DNA of 64,000 nucleotides from Planctomycetota bacterium (GTDB lineage: Bacteria > Planctomycetota > PLA2 > JAEUHO01): contig CBDCTJ010000007.1 of assembly GCA_965222115.1 (NCBI GenBank), forward strand, positions 256,001-320,000. The letters run 5' to 3'. The position numbers and the translations under genes were made by a program. Below, piece by piece: positions 1-8,863 of this stretch. Within the stretch, counting starts at the first letter, position 1, and each line of letters starts with the position of its first letter. The notes below the pieces were generated by a model. The model saw only the letters and a list, made by a program, of their open reading frames with translations, ran no database searches and had not been told where the DNA came from.

Positions 1-795
1 CGTGGACCCCACCAAGACGACGTGACTCAACGCTTCGTGCGGTCGAATGGCTCGCAAGATTTGTTCCCAGTTCCAGTAGGTGCGCATGCTCGCGCGAGTC
101 TTAAGTGATGCGGCATTACGAACGGCCCCACCCAGATCGCTACCGAGCGATAGGGGCGTGCCCGTTGGATTCTCGTCGTTTCTTGGTCCATCAAACACGA
201 CGGGGTTGCTCGAGATTTGCACCGTCTTGTTTGAGGGCGACACAAAGAGCAGGAGCTCCTTAATCTGCTTGGGAATGTCGTCAGCCAGTATCTTCGACAG
301 TTCCTGGGGACGCTCCCAAAGCCAGTTTTTCGACGCAAGCAGCGACCCAAGCAACAACATGGCCAGCGATCCCAACAAGAAGAACGGGACCGCGCGACCG
401 ACATGAGGGGGACCGTGCAATAGAAAATGCGCCAGTTGCTCGGCAAACACAACGCCGCTCGCAGCGATACCTGCCTGCAAGAGAAAGCGGCAGGACTTGT
501 CCACCCAGTTCCGCGAATCCGGATTGGAGTGGTGGAGTCGATAGTAGACAACCACGCATGCAATCAACGCCAGCAGTGCGATGACCGCGAATACCGCCGA
601 ACCCCAATTGCCGATATCAAGATTGCTGCTGACGATCTCAACTAGCGAAATGCCCAGCCAGTGACCTCCGAGAAGCGCCAGAATCGACACAAGGAAAGGG
701 CGCCAAGGAAACCCACGCTTGTGGGCATGCTGCGCGTCAATTGTCGCGCCATCGTTGCCGGTCGTAACTGCTTCGCTTGGGATGTCTACGCTCAT
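1..795 (-). CDS. Membrane protein with ~4 N-terminal TM helices followed by a CARF-like domain (Cam1/Cam2-like type III effector candidate); 3'-truncated by the window edge
   Basis: Hand translation from ATG 795 (upstream AAAGGAG RBS) is open for 265 codons to base 1. It shows four hydrophobic segments, then ELLLFVSP...YWNWEQILRAIRPHEALSHVVLVGS, resembling the start of the Rossmann-like CARF fold in TM-CARF proteins. It lies directly downstream of the array on the cas strand. Confidence 0.65.
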   Translation of the reverse strand, partial: MSVDIPSEAVTTGNDGATIDAQHAHKRGFPWRPFLVSILALLGGHWLGISLVEIVSSNLDIGNWGSAVFAVIALLALIACVVVYYRLHHSNPDSRNWVDKSCRFLLQAGIAASGVVFAEQLAHFLLHGPPHVGRAVPFFLLGSLAMLLLGSLLASKNWLWERPQELSKILADDIPKQIKELLLFVSPSNKTVQISSNPVVFDGPRNDENPTGTPLSLGSDLGGAVRNAASLKTRASMRTYWNWEQILRAIRPHEALSHVVLVGST

Positions 796-948
796 GGTCC
801 TTTGCTCCTTTGGAAATACTGAGACATGGGATCTCGCACGATTCAATCTTAATTTGTATCTAGTCGCACGATAGTCAATGCCGTCCGCCACTTTCAAGCA
901 CACGGCGCAGTCTGCCGGTCATTCGAACTGCACAAGCCGAAACTAAAT

Positions 949-3900
949 TTGCAGCGCCCTGAACGCTCATTGATGAACGACGACGACGGCGACGACGACG
1001 GTCTTGATCGCGCCCGTAGGCGCTCATTGATGAACCGTTTCGAGTGTCAGTCGAAGGATCTCCAGAAGGTGTCCTGATCGCGTTCGCAGACGCTCATTGA
1101 TGAACATCTCCCTCACCGAGATTCTCGGCCCCGCCGAACTCGTCTTGATCGCGTCCGTAGACGCTCATTGATGAACTGTCGCGAACTCCGCGCGCTCAAC
1201 CGCGCAGGGCAGTCTTGATCGCGTCCGTAGACGCTCATTGATGAACCAGATCCTCTCGGAGACGCCGCGGAATCGGAAGTGGTGTCTTGATCGCGTCCGT
1301 AGACGCTCATTGATGAACGAAGATCCTTTCGAAGGGGCTTGAGGTCGAGCGTGTGTCTTGATCGCGTCCGTAGACGCTCATTGATGAACCTGGGCTGAGC
1401 ACACTCGCCCAGTTATCTACGAGTCTTGATCGCGCCCGTAGGCGCTCATTGATAAGCGTACCTCCGACCGATATCGATCGCTGATGGCACGTCTTGATCG
1501 CGTCCATAGACGCTCATTGATGAACGCGTCGCACTTCAGTGACGCTCTCCTCGGAGCTGCCTTTTCTTGATCGCATCCAGAAACGCTCATTGATGAACCC
1601 TACACTGTGGTGGACGCCACCGAGCTGCCTAGTCTTGATCGCGTCCGTAGACGCTCATTTAAGAACCAACTTGCGCGAGGCCTACTTGCGCGAGGCCGAC
1701 GTCCTGATCGCGCCCGTAGGCGCTCATTGATGAACCTGCCGACTCCAACGCCAAAGTGGAAGAGCTCGGGTCTAGATCGCGTCCGTAGACGCTCATTGAT
1801 GAACGTGCAGATCTCTCGGAACAAGGATGGCATGACCGTCTTGATCGCGTCCGTAGACGCTCATTGATGAACCAGTGGCGACCACGCACCGTGTGCATAT
1901 TGCACACCGTCTTGATCGCGCCCGTAGGCGCTCATTGATGAGCTAGCGCGCTGCCCAAGCGTGGGGCAGTAGACAAGGTCTTGATCGCGCCCGGAAACGC
2001 TCGTTGATGACAAAGTACCCTCTCCACTCCGTGACCATCGAGAAGTCGTGATCGCGTCAGTAGACGCTCATTGTTGAACTCGCCTGGTGGCAGGCGCGGG
2101 CCGTGCGACGCGAGTCTTGATCGCGTCGGTAGACACTCATTGATGAACACACCCCCATGAAGCGTCTGCTTCTTCTCGTGGCCGTCTTGATCGCGTCCGT
2201 AGACGCTCATTGATGAACTCGAGTACAACAGCTCGACGTACCAGTCGAGACGAAGTCTTGATCGCGTCCGTAGACGCTCATTGATGAACGGGCTGGAAGC
2301 GCTGGCGAGCACCGGTACAGGTGTCTTGATCGCGTCCGTAGACGCTCATTGATGAACTTAGATCCGCTAGTCGAGGTCATAGAAGACTCGTCTTGATCGC
2401 GTCCGTAGACGCTCATTGATGAACTCGCCGAGGATCGCCCGCCCGTCACGCCGCCTACGAGTCTTGATCGCGTCCGTAGACGCTCATTGATGAACGCGCT
2501 CAACGCCACGACCTCGGCGGCGGCTGTGCTGTCTTGATCGCGTCCGTAGACGCTCATTGATGAACGTGAGCTCGGTCTGGACCTCGGAACTTCGGTTCCG
2601 TCTTGATCGCGTCCGTAGACGCTCATTGATGAACATGTCGCTCTCTGGAGCAACGAGCGCGTGATCGACGTCTTGATCGCGTCCGTAGACGCTCATTGAT
2701 GAACCATTGTTGGTTGACTCCCAACTATCTTGTTCTCTGTCTTGATCGCGTCCGTAGACGCTCATTGATGAACTGGCTCCGCGCTGGGTCGAGGTTCCGA
2801 CGGTGCCTGGTCTTGATCGCGTCCGTAGACGCTCATTGATGAACCGCAATGTTGAAGATAAGCGAGGAGCACGTCGACAGTCTTGATCGCGTCCGTAGAC
2901 GCTCATTGATGAACGTGTAAGCGCCCTTGGAAAGGTCGTTGACACGACCGCTGTCTTGATCGCGTCCGTAGACGCTCATTGATGAACCCAAGAGCAGAAG
3001 GCAGCTCGTGAGGAGTACAACCGTCTTGATCGCGTCCGTAGACGCTCATTGATGAACTCACGCTCGAGTACACACCGGCAACCGTCGCCATGTCTTGATC
3101 GCGTCCGTAGACGCTCATTGATGAACTGACTCACTTGCCATGAGTCACGGATCTGACAAGTCTTGATCGCGTCCGTAGACGCTCATTGATGAACTCTTTG
3201 AAGTGGATCATCGGTGTCGGCTGGGCCAAGTCTTGATCGCGTCCGTAGACGCTCATTGATGAACGCTACGTCATTCGCCCCCTGAGTGAAGGGGTTCAAG
3301 TCTTGATCGCGTCCGTAGACGCTCATTGATGAACGAATCACTGGAGACGGATACCCCAAACGTGTTTCGTCTTGATCGCGTCCGTAGACGCTCATTGATG
3401 AACCCAGAGCAACGACTGGCAACGGTCGTGGGGTGCGGTGTCTTGATCGCGTCCGTAGACGCTCATTGATGAACCTGGGGGACGCGACCCGGCTGCGTTT
3501 GATAGAGGCGTCTTGATCGCGTCCGTAGACGCTCATTGATGAACCCGTCCCTGCGGACGACGACGCGACGACCTCACGCGCGATCCCCTCGGCACCGACA
3601 CGAGCATTGATGAACCCGTCCCTGCGGACGACGACGCGACCCCGGAATCGTCTTGATCGCGTCCGTAGACGCTCATTGATGAACGAAGGCGCTCGACGGG
3701 AGAAGGTCAAGCTGACGTCTTGATCGCGTCCGTAGACGCTCATTGATGAACGGCAAGGCATTTGATGTCGCGCTTTTTCAAAAGCGTCTTGATCGCGTCC
3801 GTAGACGCTCATTGATGAACCGCCACCATTCGGTTCTGCGTCGGATGGCTTTGCGTCTTGATCGCGTCCGTAGACGCTCATTGATGAACAAACAAATGGG

Positions 3901-4517
3901 CAGCCTCGGCTGCGCGGTACGCGTCTTGATCGCGTCCGTAGACGCTCATTGATGAACGACAACACCGGACATATAGACTCTCTCCGTCAGTCGGTCTTGA
4001 TCGCGTCCGTAGACGCTCATTGATGAACGGCCTTAATTAAAGTGGGCGTTGACGTCCGCTGGTAGTCTTGATCGCGTCCGTAGACGCTCATTGATGAACG
4101 ACGCATGCGTTCGCGTCTGCGAGGTGCGCGTCGGTCTTGATCGCGTCCGTAGACGCTCATTGATGAACTTCGTTGCCGGTCGCCATGGTGCTCGCACACC
4201 GCGTCTTGATCGCGTCCGTAGACGCTCATTGATGAACTTGGTCCAGAACCAGCGTGTCGACCAGGCATGGAAGGTCTTGATCGCGTCCGTAGACGCTCAT
4301 TGATGAACGTGGTGATTGCTGTTCAACTATCACCACCAGAGCCGTCTTGATCGCGTCCGTAGACGCTCATTGATGAACGTAAGAGAACATATCAACGAAC
4401 GTAAATTCGAAGTCTTGATCGCGTCCGTAGACGCTCATTGATGAACAATGTGGGGGCACGCTTTACCAGGGTTCGGAAGCCTGTCTTGATCGCGTCCGTA
4501 GACGCTCATTGATGAAC
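949..4517 (-). CRISPR. CRISPR array, ~51 repeats / ~50 spacers; repeat GTTCATCAATGAGCGTCTACGGACGCGATCAAGAC (minus-strand sense, 35 bp)
   Basis: The plus-strand unit GTCTTGATCGCGTCCGTAGACGCTCATTGATGAAC recurs about every 70 bp with ~32-38 nt unique spacers and an internal GCGTC-TACG-GACGC hairpin. Degenerate repeats cluster at the left end (trailer), and the ATCAAGAC 3' end is typical of type III handles. Count done by eye. Confidence 0.98.
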
Positions 4518-4887
4518 CCCTCAGGGTTCGGTCGAATCTTGCAATTAGCTGTCAGAGAACGAGTTACAACGAATTGGTGTTCCATTGGGGACTCTCAAGG
4601 TGCGTAGATTCCACCACGCGCCTCGTTTCAGCGCTCTTTGCGCCCCATCGCTTTCCGCGCCGGCCGTCAACTTATTGGCTCTGACACGCTTCCTGAAATG
4701 GGGATCTGATTCGACCTTTCGGTCGTCTCGCGGAGCAGGCCGTACCCACGCGGGGCCACAGTCGCCTGCATCTCCTTCATTCTCCGAAATTCAGCCAATC
4801 CTGTCAAGCAGCACCCGGCTGGAGACAGCACCGAATCGTCGGAGAGGCCACGTGGATGGCCTGTGGACGCGAGTTCAGATTGAGACT
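4518..4887 (-). promoter_or_regulatory. CRISPR leader region
   Basis: Non-coding interval between the cas2 stop and the first perfect repeat, at the end opposite the degenerate repeats; more AT-rich next to the repeat. Confidence 0.7.
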
Positions 4888-5160
4888 CTACAAATAGCGC
4901 ACGCCTCCCGTTGTCACCTTGGTTCGTCGCCAACAGAGCGCGCGCCGCGAAGCGCGCACGTCCATTGGAATGAGGTCAAAGTCGTCGTCAGTGTCGAGGA
5001 GGGCGCCGATGTCTACCAGAAAGTCGTCCAGTTCTTCCCGCGAGACGCGCACTTCAAAGACCGATCGCTGCACACGGCGACCGTAGCGCGAGAGCACGCG
5101 AGCCACGCGGCGCCGAACGCTCGCCGAAGAGATGTCATAGGCGGCGACGTAGTTGCTCAT
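4888..5160 (-). CDS. cas2: CRISPR-associated endonuclease Cas2
   Basis: 90 aa; YVAAYDI...RRRVARVLSRYGRRVQRSVFE signature; start overlaps the cas1-fusion stop. Confidence 0.96.
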   Translation of the reverse strand: MSNYVAAYDISSASVRRRVARVLSRYGRRVQRSVFEVRVSREELDDFLVDIGALLDTDDDFDLIPMDVRASRRALCWRRTKVTTGGVRYL

Positions 5161-7901
5161 GGGTGTCGAAATCCGGGCGCGGGCCGCGTTGGATCGACGA
5201 GATAACGACGCATGGCGCGCGCCAACGCGCGAATGCGTCCATGGTAGGTGAGCGGGTCCTCCCCCTTCCGCAGCACCGTGGGAATGTGAAAGCCCTCGTG
5301 AATGGCAATTCGAAGACGCCTGGCAAGTCGCGGCGACACCGAGACACGAAACGGCCCGAGCCGTGTCTTACGAAAGTCTGAACTCCGTGCAACACGCATC
5401 ACGTCGAGCACACAGCGGTCCATCAAGTGTCGAAATGGCTCCTGAAGATCCGACACCAGTGCATCGTGACCACTGCGCGGGCGATGAAGCACGCCGAGTT
5501 CCGGAAGCAACCCCGCCGACACCACATGCACACGAATCACACGATGAAGGGCCGTCTGCGCGATATTGAGCAGAACATTGACGGGGTCGTTGGCACGCGG
5601 AGCTCGACGCCCTGGAAATGACCATCCCGATGGAAGCCACGACGGAAACAGCTCGTACCACAGCGCCGCGGCGGCGCCTTCCACACCCACGAGCACTTCC
5701 GCCGAGATCGCCGATTCCGCTCGACGAATGTGGGCACGCATCTGTTCCTGGGCATGAGGGTGCTTGCGCGGGCAGCCAAGGGCCCCAATCAGTGCCGCGT
5801 GATTGGCAATTTTGGAGGCGATCAGTTCGCGGGCTGCGGGCAGAGTTCGTTCCGCCTGGCGAACGCAATCGACCTGTGCGGCCACGACGTCAAAGGAGCG
5901 CCTGCCGCCCTCGCCAACCAAGGCCGCCACGTCCCGACCACCCTTGCCGGTCATGGAGAGTGGAATGCGTCGGCGGATCAAGTAGCGAATCGCACGACGG
6001 GAAAGTGACGGATGGCCCAGAACAACGAGGTCGTCGATGTGACTTGTTCCGCACGCGCGCTCTTCGCCGTTCTCGGTGCGCAAGACAAGATTGCCGCGCA
6101 CGGCGTCGATTTCGACGATATCCGATCCCACAATGCCGGTGTCGCCCGTGGGATCTGCCGCCGTCAACGACACCTCACCGGGCAGTCGCCAATCGGGATG
6201 GGCGCGGGAACGCTCGGTACGCGCTTCCCAACCAATGCGACCAAGTGACGTGGGCGCGGGATCGCCGCGCACGTTCCATTGCTTTTGATACTCAAAGGTG
6301 AAGCCAAGAAACTCGAGCGAGGGTCCGATTTCGTGGACGCTTGACTTGGACTCGTTGAGTGCGAGTGCCAGCGCGCGGGCTTCGTCCTTGGCCGCTTGGT
6401 ACATGACCTGCGCTTCTTCTTCCGTCTTCGTAAGCACAACAAAGTCATCGGCATAGCGAATTAGCAAGGCGCCACGGGCCAACATGGCTTCGTCAAATGC
6501 GTCCAGCACGACGTTGGCAAGGAGTGGAGACAGAGGTGCCCCTGTGGGAAGGCCTACCTTTAGCGGCGCCATGGCGCTGCGCACCCAGTTCATAATGAGA
6601 CTTGCCGTGCTCGGAGACCTGAGAAACGCTCGCAGGCGCAACTCACACAAGTCGTGCGGCACATTGTTATAGAAGTCGGCAAAGTCCGACTTCACGGCCC
6701 AGGCGTAGCCGGACTCCTGCGCGCGATGAATACGGGAAAGCGCGTCCACACGCCCGAGGCCGGGGCGAAAGGCAATTGAAGCATCCTCCAGGAGGCATTC
6801 AATCCCGGGAAGGAGGGTGGCGTTAAGAAGACGTTGCAGGGCCATGTCGCGTTTCTTCGGAATACGCAACGACCGGACCTTGCCTGGCTTGGTTTCTACG
6901 TCGATGCGCATCGGTGCCGCGGGTGAATACGTGCCTTGCGCAACTTCCTGCGTGGCCTCCGTGAGTTCACCACTCGGAAGCGCATGCCGTTCGGCCTCGC
7001 GCGAAACTGCGTAGGACGTAAACGCGAGCCGCTCAAGCGACACGGCACGGGTACACGCGTAGGGCTCGGGTCCAAGTTCGGCAATGCGGTAGCGGCCCAG
7101 TCCAAATCGCGTGCCGTTTCCGGCTCCGGCATATTGCCCCAGCACCAGTGCCATGCGGTCGTTGGGTTCCACATCTTGCAACACGACCCGACCCACTGCA
7201 CCGCCTAGCGTCTTGCGCCGCTCCATGGGCCCGTATCCGAGATCGAGCCACACGAGATCCGACGACGTGAGCGTGCCGGTCCGTCGATACGGGGTCGGGT
7301 GCTTCTCAATGAGATTGAGCATCTCCATGCGACGATGCACGCGGCCCAGGAAGGGACCGGGTTCAAAACAGTCCCCATCAAGCCATCGATGCCGTGGGCG
7401 TGTTCGCCCGGCCGTGCGTCGCATGCGCAGGGGTGTCTCGAAGTCAAGTGTAAACGTTCGATGTGCGTCGAGTTTGAATCGTTCTGCTGCAACGCGCTCA
7501 TCGGGTAGCTCAACAAGGGGCGACTCAAAATCCCAGAGTTCGCGTGCGATCAAGTCTTCGACGCGTGTCACGATGAAGTTGCCTCGGAGACGAGTGCCCT
7601 TTGTGCGGCGGGCCGTGCCCATGGCCTGCAGTCCCTGCACGACGCGGGCAAGTTCATCGGCGGCGGCACGCCCATCGCGCGCAATCATGGTGTAGCCAAA
7701 GGCAAAGTTCGCGTCGCGCTCAATCGACGAACGACACTGCTCCGGCGCGTCGAGCAAGAACCCCTCGGGAAACTGATCCGGTTGGTCGAGGGCGAATCCG
7801 TAGGCCGCCGCCGTGAGTGCATAGAGCGCCCCTGCTTGATGGCCCGGCAGCGCGACGTGATCTGTTGCGCGAATCAGAATGCGGACGCGGCAGAGATGCA
7901 C
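5157..7901 (-). CDS. cas1: Cas6-reverse transcriptase-Cas1 triple fusion (~914 aa)
   Basis: Likely GTG start at 7901 with a GAGGAG RBS 7 nt upstream. Cas6 G-rich loop GQYAGAGNGTRFGLGRY. RT motifs SIAFRPG, SDFADFY, GLPTGAPLSPLLAN, RYADDF. Cas1 motifs GVEG, RRAPRANDPVN, GVLH, SDLQEPFR. Confidence 0.93.
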   Translation of the reverse strand: MHLCRVRILIRATDHVALPGHQAGALYALTAAAYGFALDQPDQFPEGFLLDAPEQCRSSIERDANFAFGYTMIARDGRAAADELARVVQGLQAMGTARRTKGTRLRGNFIVTRVEDLIARELWDFESPLVELPDERVAAERFKLDAHRTFTLDFETPLRMRRTAGRTRPRHRWLDGDCFEPGPFLGRVHRRMEMLNLIEKHPTPYRRTGTLTSSDLVWLDLGYGPMERRKTLGGAVGRVVLQDVEPNDRMALVLGQYAGAGNGTRFGLGRYRIAELGPEPYACTRAVSLERLAFTSYAVSREAERHALPSGELTEATQEVAQGTYSPAAPMRIDVETKPGKVRSLRIPKKRDMALQRLLNATLLPGIECLLEDASIAFRPGLGRVDALSRIHRAQESGYAWAVKSDFADFYNNVPHDLCELRLRAFLRSPSTASLIMNWVRSAMAPLKVGLPTGAPLSPLLANVVLDAFDEAMLARGALLIRYADDFVVLTKTEEEAQVMYQAAKDEARALALALNESKSSVHEIGPSLEFLGFTFEYQKQWNVRGDPAPTSLGRIGWEARTERSRAHPDWRLPGEVSLTAADPTGDTGIVGSDIVEIDAVRGNLVLRTENGEERACGTSHIDDLVVLGHPSLSRRAIRYLIRRRIPLSMTGKGGRDVAALVGEGGRRSFDVVAAQVDCVRQAERTLPAARELIASKIANHAALIGALGCPRKHPHAQEQMRAHIRRAESAISAEVLVGVEGAAAALWYELFPSWLPSGWSFPGRRAPRANDPVNVLLNIAQTALHRVIRVHVVSAGLLPELGVLHRPRSGHDALVSDLQEPFRHLMDRCVLDVMRVARSSDFRKTRLGPFRVSVSPRLARRLRIAIHEGFHIPTVLRKGEDPLTYHGRIRALARAMRRYLVDPTRPAPGFRHP

Positions 7902-7918
7902 CTGGATTCTCCTCGTTG

Positions 7919-8863
7919 CTAACTCACGTTCGTTGGTTGTGCCTGGGCTTGGAGCCACGTGTCGATGTGCGCCCGCAGCGACGACAATTCCACCGCCATG
8001 ACGCCAGCATCGCGAAGTCGTCGCACCATGCCACCCCACCTGCGCCGCTCTCGAATGAGGCAAGGAATGGCGACGAGCCACATCTCCGGCAGATCGAAAG
8101 ACCCCGGCATGCGTACGCGGTGGAGAATGGAAAGCGCGCGCTTGCATTGCTTCTCATCAATGCGTCTCGCGCTTCCGCTCTTGGCCTCGATGCGGAGCAG
8201 CGAGACCTTAGAAGGTGGCAGATCAATGCGGGCCACGACATCAAACTCAATCTGCCGCAGGAGCCGTCGCACGCGCCGACTCTGACTACGTCCATGCACA
8301 CGATGGTGCGTGGAAACGGCTAGATTCTTAATCGTGGCTACCGATACATTTCGCATGCGAGCCATGTCGTGCAGCGCGCGCTCAATGGCCACGGTCAACC
8401 AATCGCCGAGGACAAAGTTCAGCGCCTCACCACGCACGATTTCGTAGTCAACGTGCACCAGCCGCTTGCCTTGGTAGGCGGCCTGGATGGAGCCTCGCTT
8501 GATAGCGCCCGCGTCAACGAGTCGATGGGTGAATTCCAAAAGAACGTCAGCGCGCACGGCGTCCGGCACCTCCCGACGTCGTCGCGTCGTTGCCTGACGT
8601 ATGCGTGTCTGTCCGCGTGCCTCGCACGTTCGAAGCCGCGAAAGGATGGGATCCAGTTCACGGGCGTGCTCGGCCAGATAATCGGCGAGGGCGATGAAGT
8701 CTTGGGAGAAGGAATGCGCATGGTGCGCATTGAGATTGAACGAGCGCATAAACCGACGTAGCTGCGCCGCGCGCAGCGCGTCGTCCAGTTCGTCGTCCCG
8801 CCATACGCGCCTGCCTGAAGGCGGGGACGCTAGCTGCCATGATCGGGCGGGACTCATAGTCAC
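7919..8863 (-). CDS. PD-(D/E)xK nuclease-domain protein resembling the Card1/Can2 (DUF1887-like) nuclease domain, without a recognisable CARF domain
   Basis: NFVLGDWL...EFDVV...IEAKSG motif arrangement; start overlaps the csx1 stop and the gene sits within the cas operon. Confidence 0.6.
   Translation of the reverse strand: MTMSPARSWQLASPPSGRRVWRDDELDDALRAAQLRRFMRSFNLNAHHAHSFSQDFIALADYLAEHARELDPILSRLRTCEARGQTRIRQATTRRRREVPDAVRADVLLEFTHRLVDAGAIKRGSIQAAYQGKRLVHVDYEIVRGEALNFVLGDWLTVAIERALHDMARMRNVSVATIKNLAVSTHHRVHGRSQSRRVRRLLRQIEFDVVARIDLPPSKVSLLRIEAKSGSARRIDEKQCKRALSILHRVRMPGSFDLPEMWLVAIPCLIRERRRWGGMVRRLRDAGVMAVELSSLRAHIDTWLQAQAQPTNVS

Noticed and set aside
979-1000. 22-nt (GAC)n low-complexity terminal spacer
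   Set aside because: Most simply a decayed or slipped trailer spacer next to a degenerate repeat.
1113-4303. Many ORFs with repeated SSMSVYGRDQD / FINERLRTRSR peptides
   Set aside because: They are translations of the CRISPR repeats, not genes.
1001-4517. Self-targeting spacers matching genes in this window
   Set aside because: None noticed by eye; a computational search is needed, so no claim is made either way.
4447-4534. CAGGGTTCGG shared by the newest spacer and the leader
   Set aside because: Only 10 nt; chance cannot be excluded and it is too short to claim self-acquisition.
4585-5205. 206-aa plus-strand ORF across the leader and cas2
   Set aside because: Antisense to cas2 with no motifs; a GC-rich shadow ORF.
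7902-8147. N-terminal extension of the 996-aa RT-Cas1 ORF
   Set aside because: It overlaps the upstream gene; an RBS-supported GTG at 7901 is the better start.
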